A DNA stretch of 64,000 nt from Sphingomonadales bacterium (GCA_038246695.1 JBBRVR010000001.1:41553-105552), one strand, 5' to 3'; shown: positions 1 through 9,398, counted from the first letter of the stretch. The notes: generated by a model not told the origin, from the sequence alone. Numbers and translations are program-made.

Positions 1-1877
1 CTGCGCGCCATATCCGACGCCCCGGCATTGGTCGTCATGATGACCACCACGTTGCGGAAATCGACCGTCTTGCCGTGGTGATCGGTCAGGCGGCCGTTAT
101 CCATCACCTGCAACAGGATGTTGAACAGGTCCGGGTGGGCCTTTTCGATCTCGTCAAGCAACAGCACGCAATGCGGGTTCTGGTCGATGGCATCGGTCAA
201 AAGGCCGCCCTGATCGTAACCGACGTAACCCGGAGGCGCACCGATCAGGCGCGAAACGCTGTGGCGCTCCATATATTCGGACATGTCGAACCGCTTCAAT
301 TCGATCCCCATGATGCTCGCAAGCTGGCGCGCGACTTCGGTTTTGCCGACGCCGGTGGGGCCGCTGAACAGGAACGAGCCAATCGGCTTTTCCGGATCGC
401 GCAGGCCTGCGCGGCTCAGCTTCATTGCAGTCGCAAGGCGCGTAATCGCTTCATCCTGACCAAAGACGACGTGTTTCAGATCGCGTTCGAGGTTCTCGAG
501 CGCTTTCTTGTCGTCCTTGCTCACCGATTTGGGCGGGATGCGCGCCATCGTCGCGATGACCTGCTCGATTTCTTTGGAGGTGATCTTCTTCTTTCGGCGG
601 CTCGGTGGGACCAGCATCTGCATCGCGCCGACCTCGTCGATCACGTCAATCGCCTTGTCCGGCAGTTTGCGATCATTGATATAACGCGCCGACAGCTCGA
701 CGGCGGTTTTCAGCGCCTCGGGGGTGTATTTCACCTTGTGGTGATCCTCGAACGCGGTGCGCAGACCTTGCAGGATCTTGATAGTATCCTCGATCGTCGG
801 CTCATTCACGTCGATCTTCTGGAACCGGCGCAGCAGCGCGCGATCCTTTTCGAAGTGATTGCGGAATTCCTTGTAAGTGGTCGACCCGATGCAGCGGATC
901 GTTCCGCCCGACAAAGCGGGCTTCAGCAGGTTGGACGCATCCATTGCCCCGCCGCTGGTCGCGCCTGCGCCGATCACGGTGTGAATTTCATCGATGAAGA
1001 GCACCGCGTGCGGCATCCCCTCAAGCTCGTTAACGACCTGCTTCAGCCGCTCCTCGAAATCGCCGCGATAGCGCGTTCCTGCCAGCAGCGAGCCCATATC
1101 GAGCGAATAGATGACCGCCTCGGTCAGCACTTCGGGCACATCGCCTTCAACGATCTTGCGTGCCAGACCTTCGGCAATCGCGGTTTTGCCGACGCCCGGA
1201 TCACCAACATAGAGCGGGTTATTCTTTGACCGGCGGCACAGGATCTGCACCGTGCGATCCACTTCGGGCCCGCGACCGATCAGCGGGTCAATCCGCCCGG
1301 CCTCAGCCTTGGCGTTGAGGTTGACAGTAAACTGGTCGAGCGCGGTTTCCTTCTTGTTGCCGCTCTCTTTTGCCTTTTCGCCGGGTTCCTCGCTTGGTTC
1401 ATCCGCGCCCGCTGTCGCTTTCGGCTCGATCTGGCGACCGCCCTTGCCGATGCCGTGGCTGATGAAGCTGACCGCATCCAGCCGGCTCATATCTTGCTGT
1501 TGCAGGAAATAGACCGCGTAGCTGTCGCGTTCGGAGAACAGCGCCACCAGCACGTTGGCACCCGTCACCGTATCCTTGCCCGAGGATTGGACGTGCAGGA
1601 TCGCGCGTTGGATCACCCGCTGGAAACCGGCGGTCGGCTGGGGATCGGCATCGTCATCGGTCTTCAACGACTGGTATTCGTGGTCGAGATATTGTTTAAC
1701 CACATCGCCCAGTTCAGCCAGGTCCACGCCGCATGCGCCCATGACGCCCGCGGCATCCTCATCATCGATCAGCGCCAGCAGCAAGTGTTCGAGCGTCGCA
1801 TATTCGTGGCGGCGTTCGGAAGCATTGCTGAGCGCGTTGTGCAGTGTGCGTTCGAGGTTCTGGGCAAAGCTGGGCAT
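1..1877 (-). CDS. clpA: ATP-dependent Clp protease ATP-binding subunit ClpA (C-terminal end runs off the window; about 625 codons present)
   Basis: The gene is absent from the ORF track because it is open at the window edge. Reverse-complement translation from ATG (cat at 1875-1877) reads [53 protein letters not shown]. Both AAA+ Walker A loops are present ([16 protein letters not shown] and [14 protein letters not shown]), as is [36 protein letters not shown]. Plus-strand ORFs 75..1229 and 1455..1940 are antisense shadows. Confidence 0.9.
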   Translation of the reverse strand, partial: MPSFAQNLERTLHNALSNASERRHEYATLEHLLLALIDDEDAAGVMGACGVDLAELGDVVKQYLDHEYQSLKTDDDADPQPTAGFQRVIQRAILHVQSSGKDTVTGANVLVALFSERDSYAVYFLQQQDMSRLDAVSFISHGIGKGGRQIEPKATAGADEPSEEPGEKAKESGNKKETALDQFTVNLNAKAEAGRIDPLIGRGPEVDRTVQILCRRSKNNPLYVGDPGVGKTAIAEGLARKIVEGDVPEVLTEAVIYSLDMGSLLAGTRYRGDFEERLKQVVNELEGMPHAVLFIDEIHTVIGAGATSGGAMDASNLLKPALSGGTIRCIGSTTYKEFRNHFEKDRALLRRFQKIDVNEPTIEDTIKILQGLRTAFEDHHKVKYTPEALKTAVELSARYINDRKLPDKAIDVIDEVGAMQMLVPPSRRKKKITSKEIEQVIATMARIPPKSVSKDDKKALENLERDLKHVVFGQDEAITRLATAMKLSRAGLRDPEKPIGSFLFSGPTGVGKTEVARQLASIMGIELKRFDMSEYMERHSVSRLIGAPPGYVGYDQGGLLTDAIDQNPHCVLLLDEIEKAHPDLFNILLQVMDNGRLTDHHGKTVDFRNVVVIMTTNAGASDMAR

Positions 1878-2047
1878 GGCGTGTGTCTCTGCAAGAGGAG
1901 TTGGGGCGGGGGCGCTACGGGGCGTTTTGCGGCGTCATGAAACAACCCCGAAGGGCGCGGTCGGGAGGGGGTGCAATCTATGTAGGATTATGCGGCAGGA
2001 TTGCGAATCCGCATTGAGATTATTCAGCAGCAGGGGACCAGATGACC

Positions 2048-2266
2048 TCATGTCCTGCCGCCCGAAGCGCGTGATCCGGCAAACAGCGCATCAGCCGCCG
2101 CGCGGTGGGCGCTTGCCTTGTCGCGGTGCGCCTTGACCCGCGCGATCTCTGCCTCAAGCAGCACGATTCGCGCGCTCAATTCGTCCTGCGAGTATGGATC
2201 GAGATCCTCTCGGGAAAGGAGGCTCGCTGCATTTGAAGGCAGGTGGGGGCGCGCTTCATCATCCAT
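2048..2266 (-). CDS. DUF1192-type small coiled-coil protein
   Basis: 72 aa. The motif DELSARIVLLEAEIARVKAHRDKASAHRAAADALF matches the DUF1192 pattern typical of alphaproteobacteria. The ATG is at 2264-2266. Confidence 0.6.
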   Translation of the reverse strand: MDDEARPHLPSNAASLLSREDLDPYSQDELSARIVLLEAEIARVKAHRDKASAHRAAADALFAGSRASGGRT

Positions 2267-2465
2267 CGAATCGTAACATCGAAGCGTCGTGGCTTGCTGT
2301 CAATGGAGGAGATAGCTATTCGCAAGCACCACCTGTGTTTTAATCAATCACTTTTCGGGCGGGTTGGCGTTTCAGGGGGGCAAAGCTGTGAACAGCGAGG
2401 CAAAAGTGCAGGACGCAACATCAGGACCTGGTTCGGACGGCACACCCGATCGAATGCCCGATTCC

Positions 2466-3452
2466 ATGAACGCCATCGGCTTTGCCGCGCCCGGCGGGCC
2501 TGAGGTGCTGGCGCTGGAAAGCGTCGGCGTGCCGCAACCCGGTCCCGATGATGTGCTGATTCGGGTGGCCTTTGCCGGGGTCAACCGGCCCGATTGCATC
2601 CAGCGCGCGGGAGCCTATCCCGCACCGCCGGGCGCGTCGCCGATCCTCGGGCTCGAAGTGGCGGGCGAAGTGGTTGCGGTGGGCAGCAATGTGCCCTCGG
2701 AAATGATTGGGGCGCGCGTTGCAGCGCTCACTCCGGGGGGCGGCTATGCACAATATTGCACCGCGCCGTGGCAGCACTGCCTCGCCGTGCCCGATGACAT
2801 GGACCTCAAGACAGCCGCCGCCCTGCCAGAGACCCTGTTTACGGTGTGGCACAACGTGTTCGAACGCGGCATGGCCCGCGATGGCGAGCGGTTGCTTGTC
2901 CACGGCGGCACCAGCGGGATCGGCACGATGGCGATCATGCTGGCAAAGGCGTTCGACATGACCGTCATCACCACCTGCGGCAATGAGGCCAAGTGCGAGG
3001 CGGCACGGCGCGTCGGCGCGGACCTTGCAATCAATTACCGTGAGGCGGATTTCGTTCAGGCGGTGAAGGATTTTACCGGAGGCGCGGGTGTCGACGTGGT
3101 GCTCGACATGGTGTCGGGCGATTACGTGCCGCGCAACCTTCAGTGCCTGGCCGAAGACGGGCGCCACGTGACCATTGCCGTGCTGGGCGGCGCCAAGGCG
3201 GAATTGTTCATGCCGATGGTGATGATGCGCCGCCTGACGCTGACCGGATCGACGCTGCGCCCACGCTCCGACGCATTCAAGGCTGCGCTGGCGGACGAGA
3301 TCGCGGCCAATGCCTGGCCATTGTTCACCAGCGGGGAACTCAGCCCGGTGATGGACCAGACGTTTGCCCTCGCCGATGCCGCCGCCGCCCATGCGCGAAT
3401 GGAAGCGGGCGAACATATCGGCAAGATCGTGCTGGAAGTGGCGGGTGGCTGA
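2466..3452 (+). CDS. NAD(P)H:quinone oxidoreductase, zinc-free MDR (zeta-crystallin/PIG3) family
   Basis: ORF 2364..3452. Family-like sequence starts at MNAIGFAAPGGPEVLALESV (ATG 2466). Supporting motifs are AGVNRPDCIQRAGAYPAPPGASPILGLEVAGEV and the Rossmann stretch VHGGTSGIGTMAI. The exact start (2454 or 2466) is uncertain. Confidence 0.8.
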   Translation: MNAIGFAAPGGPEVLALESVGVPQPGPDDVLIRVAFAGVNRPDCIQRAGAYPAPPGASPILGLEVAGEVVAVGSNVPSEMIGARVAALTPGGGYAQYCTAPWQHCLAVPDDMDLKTAAALPETLFTVWHNVFERGMARDGERLLVHGGTSGIGTMAIMLAKAFDMTVITTCGNEAKCEAARRVGADLAINYREADFVQAVKDFTGGAGVDVVLDMVSGDYVPRNLQCLAEDGRHVTIAVLGGAKAELFMPMVMMRRLTLTGSTLRPRSDAFKAALADEIAANAWPLFTSGELSPVMDQTFALADAAAAHARMEAGEHIGKIVLEVAGG

Positions 3453-3465
3453 GAGGGTGCCTGAA

Positions 3466-4086
3466 GTGGTGACCGAGCGTCTGCTGCTGCACGAAGACCC
3501 ACGCAGCGGCAATTGCTACAAGATCAAATTGACCGCAGCCCTGCTCGGCCTGCCGCTGGAAACGCGGCAATACGATATTATGAAGGGCGAAACCCGAACG
3601 CCGCAATTCATGGCCCATATCAATCCGCATGGCCGCATCCCGGTGCTGCAGACGGGCGACCGGTTTTTGCCTGAAAGCAATGCCGCCTGCTGGTTTCTGG
3701 CCGAAGGCTCCGCGTAGGTGCCCGAAGACCGCTTTGAACGCGCGCAGATGTTGCGCTGGATGTTCTTCGAGCAATACAGCCACGAGCCCAATATCGCGAC
3801 CTTGCGGTTCTGGTGCCGGTTTGTCGGTCCGTCCAATCTCAGCGAACAGCAACGCAGTCAGATGACCGCAAAGCGTATTGCCGGTCAGGATGCACTGGCA
3901 ACGATCGACGGGCATCTTGCGACGACTGACTGGTTTGCGGGTTCTGCCGCCTCGCTCGCGGATATTGTGCTGTTCGCCTACAGCCACGTGGCGGAAGAGG
4001 GCGGCTTTGACCTTGCCGATTACCCAGCCGTGCGACGCTGGATTGAGCGTGTCCCGACTATGCCGGGCTTTATCCCGATGGATTGA
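3466..4086 (+). pseudogene. Glutathione S-transferase interrupted by one in-frame TAG (3715-3717)
   Basis: ORFs 3364..3717 and 3718..4086 are in the same frame. The read-through is ...RIPVLQTGDRFLPESNAACWFLAEGSA-TAG-VPEDRFERAQMLRWMFFEQYSHEPNIA. This joins a GST N-terminal thioredoxin-like half to a GST C-terminal helical half. The likely start is GTG at 3466 or 3469. Confidence 0.7.
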
Positions 4087-4287
4087 ACGGGGGATCGGGG
4101 ATCGCTCTCCGCCCTTGATAGCAAACGCGCGCACCGCCATAATGAAAACGGCCGGCTAACATTTAGTCTCGTTATGGGACACACTAAGTGTGCGAATGAC
4201 GCAAAACCGTCACGCCGCTGTGAATCGCCTGTAACAAATGCCTGTCATAGGCGTTGACACATCAGGAGCGATGTCGAAGGATTTTCG

Positions 4288-5247
4288 ATGACCGACTTTA
4301 TGCTGTCCGATCTGCCGAAGGGCAAAACCGCCGCGAGCCTCGAAGGGGATGCGATCCCCGGAAACGTCGCCAGTCTGCGGCTGGCGAAACCTCAAACGCG
4401 TGAGCCGGTCGGCAACACGCGCGCGCGCTATCGCACCATCTGGATCAGCGACGTGCATCTGGGCACCAAGGGGTGCAACGCCGATCTGCTGATCGACTTT
4501 CTCGACAACACTGACAGCGAAACCATGTACCTGGTCGGCGACATCATCGACGGCTGGCGACTTCAAAAGAAGTTTTACTGGCCCGCCAGCCATAACGATA
4601 TCGTCTGGCGCATCATGAAGCGGGCCAAGCGCGGAACCCGCATCGTCTATATCCCCGGCAATCATGACGAGATGTTCCGTCAGTTCACCGGGCTGAATTT
4701 CGGCGGGGTCGAAATCCGCCGTGCGGCCTTTCATGAAACCGCTGATGGCCGCCGCCTGATGGTGCTGCATGGCGATGAATTCGACGCGGTCATGATCTCC
4801 CACCGCTGGCTCGCCTTTGTCGGCGACTGGGCCTATCGCGCCGGGATGAGCCTCAACGTCATCGTGAATGCGGTGCGTAAAGGTATGGGCAAGCCCTATT
4901 GGTCGCTTTCCAAGGCGGCCAAGCACAAGGTCAAGAACGCGGTCGAGTTCATCGGTCGCTATGAAGAGGCTGTCGCCCGAGCAGCAGGCGAACGCGGCGT
5001 CGACGGCGTGGTGTGCGGCCACATCCACACCGCCGAATTCCGTGAGTTCCAGTATCATGGCAAGACCATCGAATATTGGAACGATGGCGACTGGGTCGAA
5101 GGGTGCAACGCGCTGGTTGAACATCACGACGGGCGGATGGAAATTCTCAATTGGCCCGATGTGATGCGCGCGCGCAAACAGAGCGAGGAAGCACAGTCCG
5201 ACGACGCCGGATCGGAGAAGCACGACCCCGCCCGAGAAGCAGCGTGA
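4288..5247 (+). CDS. LpxH-family calcineurin-like metallophosphoesterase (UDP-2,3-diacylglucosamine diphosphatase-like)
   Basis: 319 aa. Metallophosphoesterase blocks are WISDVHLG, YLVGDIIDGW, YIPGNHDE, VLHGDEFD and VCGHIH. An AAGGA Shine-Dalgarno sequence lies 6 nt upstream of the ATG. Confidence 0.7.
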   Translation: MTDFMLSDLPKGKTAASLEGDAIPGNVASLRLAKPQTREPVGNTRARYRTIWISDVHLGTKGCNADLLIDFLDNTDSETMYLVGDIIDGWRLQKKFYWPASHNDIVWRIMKRAKRGTRIVYIPGNHDEMFRQFTGLNFGGVEIRRAAFHETADGRRLMVLHGDEFDAVMISHRWLAFVGDWAYRAGMSLNVIVNAVRKGMGKPYWSLSKAAKHKVKNAVEFIGRYEEAVARAAGERGVDGVVCGHIHTAEFREFQYHGKTIEYWNDGDWVEGCNALVEHHDGRMEILNWPDVMRARKQSEEAQSDDAGSEKHDPAREAA

Positions 5248-6347
5248 GACGCGGTGTGACCGGTTCCGCAGCCGTTCGCACCGCTGCACGCTCTGGGGCG
5301 CCGCATTCTATCGCTATCGTAACCGACGCATGGCACCCACAGACCAATGGCGTGGTGCGCACTTTGACGACCACGTGCGAGGTGCTGCGCAGGCAGGGCC
5401 ATCAGGTGACCGTGATCTCGCCTGAGCAATACCGGTCATTTCCGGCGCCGACCTATCCAGAGATCCGCCTCGCGCTGACATGGCCCGGCGCGGTCGGGCG
5501 GCAACTGGCCAAAATCCGCCCCGATGCCGTGCACATCGCGACCGAAGGCCCGCTGGGGTTTGCCGCGCGGCGATATTGCATGGGTCGACGGGTGCCTTTC
5601 ACCACCGCTTATCACACGCAGTTCCCCGATTACCTCGCGCGGCGCACCGGGCTGCCGGCGAACGTATTCTGGCCTTATATCCGCTGGTTTCACCGCCCGG
5701 CACAATCGATCATGGTCGCAACCGAGACGATCCGCGCGCAATTGCGCGAACATGGTCTGAGGCATCTGACACCGTGGAGCCGCGGGGTCGATCTGGCGTG
5801 CTTTTCGCCACAAGTTCCCGCTCCGCCTGAATATGCCGGGATCGATGGGCCGATCCTGCTGTATGTCGGGCGAATCGCGGTGGAAAAGAACATCGAGGCG
5901 TTTCTTGCCTGCGATTATCCGGGCACCAAGGTTGTGGTCGGCGATGGCCCGGCACGCGCTGCGCTGGAGGCGAAATTTCCCGATGCGCTCTTTATGGGGA
6001 AGCGGACCGGCATCGATCTGGCCGGGTTCTATGCCCATGCCGATGTGTTCGTCTTTCCCAGCAAGACCGACACGTTCGGCCTCGTCATGATCGAGGCGCT
6101 GGCCTGCGGTACGCCGGTGGCCGCCTATCCGGTGCCCGGCCCGCTCGACATCCTGACTGACGATGTTGGCGCGATGGCTGACAATCTGGCGCGCGCGATC
6201 GATGCGGCGCTCATTTGCGAGCCGTCGGTGTGCGCGCACTACGGTGCGAGTTTCAGTTGGGAGGCGGCGACGCGCCAATTCCTGACCGGGCTGGTCACGC
6301 TGGCCGAAGAGGAAAGCGTTTCGCTGCAGGCGGCGCCTGCGTTCTGA
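5244..6347 (+). CDS. GT-B glycosyltransferase, family 4 (GT1-type fold)
   Basis: ORF 5151..6347. The conserved part starts at SIAIVTDAWHPQTNGVVRTL. The C-terminal EX7E-like region reads DVFVFPSKTDTFGLVMIEALACGTPVAAY. The proposed GTG start at 5244 overlaps the upstream TGA (GTGA). The start is uncertain. Confidence 0.8.
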   Translation: MRRGVTGSAAVRTAARSGAPHSIAIVTDAWHPQTNGVVRTLTTTCEVLRRQGHQVTVISPEQYRSFPAPTYPEIRLALTWPGAVGRQLAKIRPDAVHIATEGPLGFAARRYCMGRRVPFTTAYHTQFPDYLARRTGLPANVFWPYIRWFHRPAQSIMVATETIRAQLREHGLRHLTPWSRGVDLACFSPQVPAPPEYAGIDGPILLYVGRIAVEKNIEAFLACDYPGTKVVVGDGPARAALEAKFPDALFMGKRTGIDLAGFYAHADVFVFPSKTDTFGLVMIEALACGTPVAAYPVPGPLDILTDDVGAMADNLARAIDAALICEPSVCAHYGASFSWEAATRQFLTGLVTLAEEESVSLQAAPAF

Positions 6348-6449
6348 CCTGCAACGCGCCCGAGCGCGACCCGACGCATCCCGTTTGAGTGCCTGTCAAA
6401 GCTATTCCTTGCCGAGCGCGCGGGTTTCGCCTATCTGGACCCACGCAAT

Positions 6450-6486
6450 GGCCGCTCCGCAAGGGGCGGCCCTTTACATTTTTACG
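6450..6486 (+). terminator. Candidate hairpin plus T-rich tract after the GT4 gene (could instead be a 5' UTR structure of the next gene)
   Basis: The sequence ggccgctcc-gcaa-ggggcggcc (GNRA loop) is followed by ctttacattttt. It ends only 13 nt before the ATG at 6499. Confidence 0.4.
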
Positions 6487-6498
6487 AAAGGTTTTCCC

Positions 6499-7380
6499 AT
6501 GGCACAGAAGGATCAGCCCAAACCGCTGATGCCGCACGCCACTGCCACCTGGCTGGTCGATCATACCGGTCTCAGCTTTGAGCAGATTGCCGAATTTTGC
6601 GGCATTCACATCCTCGAAGTGCAGGCCATGGCCGACGATCTGGCGAGCAGCAAATACACCGGGCGCGACCCGGTGCATGCGGGCGAGCTGACGTTGGGAG
6701 AGATCGAAACCGGGCAGGCTGATCCCGAATATTCGCTCAAGATGCACAAGGCCCCGGTCGAAGTGACCCGGACCAAGGGCCCACGCTACACCCCGGTGTC
6801 CAAACGCCAGGACAAACCTGATGGCATTGCCTGGATTCTGCGCAACCACCCCGAGGTTTCGGACGCTCAGATTTCCAAGCTGATCGGCACTACTCGCAAC
6901 ACGATCGGCGCGATCAAGGAGCGTTCCCACTGGAACATCCAGAACATCCAGCCCAAGGATCCGGTGACGCTGGGCCTGTGTTCGCAGCGTGAACTGGACG
7001 CAGTCGTCGCCAAGGCGGCCAAGCGTGCGGGCATTGTGGAGGAAGTCGAGCCGGCAGCGATCGAAGGACGCAGCGACACAAGGAGCGACAAGGACAAGCT
7101 GATCGAGGAATTGCGCGCCGAACGCGATGCCAACGTCAAGGCTGCCGCCCACGCCGCACAGGAGGCCGAAGCCGAAGCATGGCTCGCCGCCAAGCGTGAG
7201 GCCGAAGCGAACGGCGTCCCGATTGAGCCGGAAGAGGCCTTTGCCGCGCCTGCGCCTGATTCTGAGCCCGAAGCAGAGCTCGAGCCTGAAGCGGAAGCCG
7301 AAGAAACCGAAGCCCACACCGACAAAGATCCCGAAGTCGATCCGGATTCCGATGGCGAAGAAGAAGCCCGCGGCGAGTAA
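6499..7380 (+). CDS. DUF1013 family protein (TrcR-like cell-cycle regulator family) with acidic low-complexity tail
   Basis: ORF 6385..7380. ATG at 6499 gives MAQKDQPKPLMPHATATWLVDHTGLSFEQIAEFCGIHILEVQAMADD and NHPEVSDAQISKLIGTTRNTIGAIKERSHWN. The last ~90 aa are E/A/P-rich (EAEAEAWLAAKREAEANG...EPEAELEPEAEAEETEAH). Confidence 0.6.
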   Translation: MAQKDQPKPLMPHATATWLVDHTGLSFEQIAEFCGIHILEVQAMADDLASSKYTGRDPVHAGELTLGEIETGQADPEYSLKMHKAPVEVTRTKGPRYTPVSKRQDKPDGIAWILRNHPEVSDAQISKLIGTTRNTIGAIKERSHWNIQNIQPKDPVTLGLCSQRELDAVVAKAAKRAGIVEEVEPAAIEGRSDTRSDKDKLIEELRAERDANVKAAAHAAQEAEAEAWLAAKREAEANGVPIEPEEAFAAPAPDSEPEAELEPEAEAEETEAHTDKDPEVDPDSDGEEEARGE

Positions 7381-7408
7381 GCACAGCTTCAGATCGAGGT
7401 ATGAAAAA

Positions 7409-7434
7409 GGGCGGCCCGCACGGTCGCCCTTTTT
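7409..7434 (+). terminator. Rho-independent terminator
   Basis: The stem gggcggcc / ggtcgccc (8 bp, one G-U pair) has loop cgcac and is followed by ttttt. It lies 29 nt after the stop codon. Confidence 0.55.
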
Positions 7435-7536
7435 GATGTCGACGCTGCTGATCTGTCGGGATCGGACGAGCGCGAATCGCCGGGCTAACAAAGCCGAAAC
7501 GGCCAGTTTTGCTTGAGACTGCGGGAGAGATCATCC

Positions 7537-9246
7537 ATGGCTACTGACATGTATGTCAATAACGCTTCGTATTATCACCCCACGCCATGGGACACCGTGT
7601 TCGAGCCGATGACGCTGCCCGATATGCTGGCGCGCACCGTCGCGCACGATCCCGCTGCCCCGTTCCTGCATTTTTTGGGTCGCACCTATTCGTATGGCGA
7701 AATCTTCGAGCACGCGAACCGCTTTGCCCTAGGGCTGGTCGAGATGGGCATCGCCAGGGGCGACCGGGTTGGCCTGTTCCTGCCCAATGTGCCGATCTAC
7801 GCTGCCGCCTATTACGGGGCGATGATGGCTGGGGCGGTGGTGGTCAATTTCTCGCCGCTCTATTCGGTCGAGGAGCTGAGCTGGCAGGTTGGCGATTCGG
7901 GAACACGGGTGCTGGTGACGCTCGACGTGCCCGAACTCTACAAGACCGCCCACAAGGTGCTCGAAGGGTCGGTGCTGGAAACGCTCGTGGTCGGCAGCCT
8001 CGCCGACATGCTGCCGTGGTACAAGGGCCTCGCGCTGAAGCTGCTCAAGCGCAGCCAGATCGCCGATGTGGCCTATGGCGGAGAAGGCCAGCCGATCCGC
8101 CGCTGGACCGACATGCTGGCAGACTGGGCGTGGACGGAGTGGCTTGAAGGCCGCGTGCTCCCTCTACCCGAAGTCACTCCTGCCGATCTTGCACTGCTGC
8201 AATACACTGGCGGCACCACCGGGCGGCCCAAGGGGGCGATGCTGGGGCACGATCAGCTGTCAGTGAACGCACAACAGGTTGCCGCGCTTAACCCGTTCGA
8301 GAATCCCCGCAGCGAGGTGTTCATGGGCGCGCTGCCGTTCTTCCATGTGTTTGCAAACACCGCGCTACTCAATCACGCGGTCGTCAGCGGCGGTTCCATC
8401 GCGATGGTCCCCCGGTTCGATACGAAGCAGGTGCTGCAGACGATCGAGCGTTACCGCTGCACCGGATTTCCCGGCGTGCCGACGATGTTTCAGGCGATGC
8501 TCGACCATCCCGATCTGGCGAAGACCGATCTCTCCAGCCTCAAGGTCTGCATTTCGGGCGGCGCGCCGATGCCCGCCCCGGTGCACGACAGGTTCGAGGC
8601 GGCGACTGGCGTGCGCGTGGTCGAGGGATATGGCCTGACCGAAAGCGCGGGCGTGGTGTCGGCCAACCCGTACGCCGGCACGCGCAAAAAGGGCACGATC
8701 GGACAGCTTGTCGCTGGCACGCAGATAGTGATGCTGGACAAGGAAGACCCCAACCGGCTGGCGCCCGAAGGCGAGCCGGGCGAACTCGCCGTCCACGGCC
8801 CGCAGGTCATGCGCGGATACTGGAACCACCCCGAAGCCGATGCCGAAGCCTTTGTCGAGCGTGACGGCAAACGCTATCTGCGCACCGGCGATGTCGCGGT
8901 GATGGACGCGGACGGCTTCCTCAGTATTGTCGACCGGATCAAGGATATGATCTCGGTCGGCGGGTTCAAGGTTTTCCCGAGCGTTGTCGAGGATGTGATC
9001 CTCGAACACGAAGCGGTGAAGGAGGCGCTGGTGATCGGCGTGCCCGAAGAATATCGCGGCGAGGTGCCGCGCGTCTATGTGACGCTCAATCCGGGGGCTG
9101 ATATCGGCGCGGATGCGCTGAAGGGCTGGCTTAACGATCGCATCGGCAAGCACGAGCGGGTCGATAAGGTGGTGATTCGCGCTGAATTGCCCAAGACGAT
9201 GATCGGCAAACTGGATCGCAAGGCCCTGCGCGCCGAAGTCCTCTGA
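7537..9246 (+). CDS. fadD: Long-chain-fatty-acid--CoA ligase (AMP-binding/ANL superfamily)
   Basis: ORF 7513..9246. ATG at 7537 follows GGGAGAGA. Supporting motifs are LQYTGGTTGRPKGAML (AMP-binding P-loop), EGYGLTES, GELAVHGPQVMRGYWN and YLRTGDVAVMDADGFLSIVDRIKDMI. Confidence 0.85.
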   Translation: MATDMYVNNASYYHPTPWDTVFEPMTLPDMLARTVAHDPAAPFLHFLGRTYSYGEIFEHANRFALGLVEMGIARGDRVGLFLPNVPIYAAAYYGAMMAGAVVVNFSPLYSVEELSWQVGDSGTRVLVTLDVPELYKTAHKVLEGSVLETLVVGSLADMLPWYKGLALKLLKRSQIADVAYGGEGQPIRRWTDMLADWAWTEWLEGRVLPLPEVTPADLALLQYTGGTTGRPKGAMLGHDQLSVNAQQVAALNPFENPRSEVFMGALPFFHVFANTALLNHAVVSGGSIAMVPRFDTKQVLQTIERYRCTGFPGVPTMFQAMLDHPDLAKTDLSSLKVCISGGAPMPAPVHDRFEAATGVRVVEGYGLTESAGVVSANPYAGTRKKGTIGQLVAGTQIVMLDKEDPNRLAPEGEPGELAVHGPQVMRGYWNHPEADAEAFVERDGKRYLRTGDVAVMDADGFLSIVDRIKDMISVGGFKVFPSVVEDVILEHEAVKEALVIGVPEEYRGEVPRVYVTLNPGADIGADALKGWLNDRIGKHERVDKVVIRAELPKTMIGKLDRKALRAEVL

Positions 9247-9318
9247 GGCCGCCCACAGGTAACGCGCGCCGAAGTCCTCTGAGGCCGCCCATCGGTCACG
9301 CGCGCCGAAGTCCTCTGA
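9228..9318. repeat. 36-bp tandem repeat, about 2.5 copies, spanning the fadD stop codon
   Basis: Copies start at 9228, 9264 and 9300. They read gcgcgccgaagtcctctgaggccgcccacaggtaac / gcgcgccgaagtcctctgaggccgcccatcggtcac / gcgcgccgaagtcctctga. Each copy repeats the last codons RAEVL plus TGA. Confidence 0.9.
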
Positions 9319-9358
9319 TCTTTGCTCAACGGGCTCGCCCACAGGCAGGAACGATACG

Positions 9359-9398
9359 AAAAAGCCGCGCCATTCCCAAGGGAACGCGCGGCTTTTTT
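9359..9398. terminator. Bidirectional rho-independent terminator between convergent fadD and bactofilin genes
   Basis: The sequence aaaaagccgcgc...gcgcggctttttt has an 8-bp GC stem (9363-9370 / 9386-9393). An A-run flanks it on one side and a T-run on the other. Confidence 0.6.

Noticed and set aside
75-1229. Long ORFs antisense to real genes. Examples are 75..1229 +, 6295..7491 -, 14299..15927 -, 15949..17613 -, 22388..23614 +, 27952..29316 +, 29313..30380 +, 44263..45426 +, 48883..50232 + and 51895..53319 +.
   Set aside because: Each lies opposite a gene with clear family motifs. Their translations are R/G/A/P/H-rich and motif-free, as expected for shadow ORFs in high-GC DNA. Many begin at TTG or GTG only.
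1878-2047. Absence of clpS immediately upstream of clpA.
   Set aside because: The 170-bp gap cannot hold clpS, but clpS may simply be elsewhere in the genome. This cannot be assessed from one window.
4254-4282. A perfect TTGACA at 4254-4259 with AAGGAT 17 nt downstream, suggesting a promoter or leaderless mRNA for the LpxH-like gene.
   Set aside because: The AAGGA is positioned 6 nt before the ATG and is more simply the Shine-Dalgarno sequence. A single -35 match is not enough to call a promoter.
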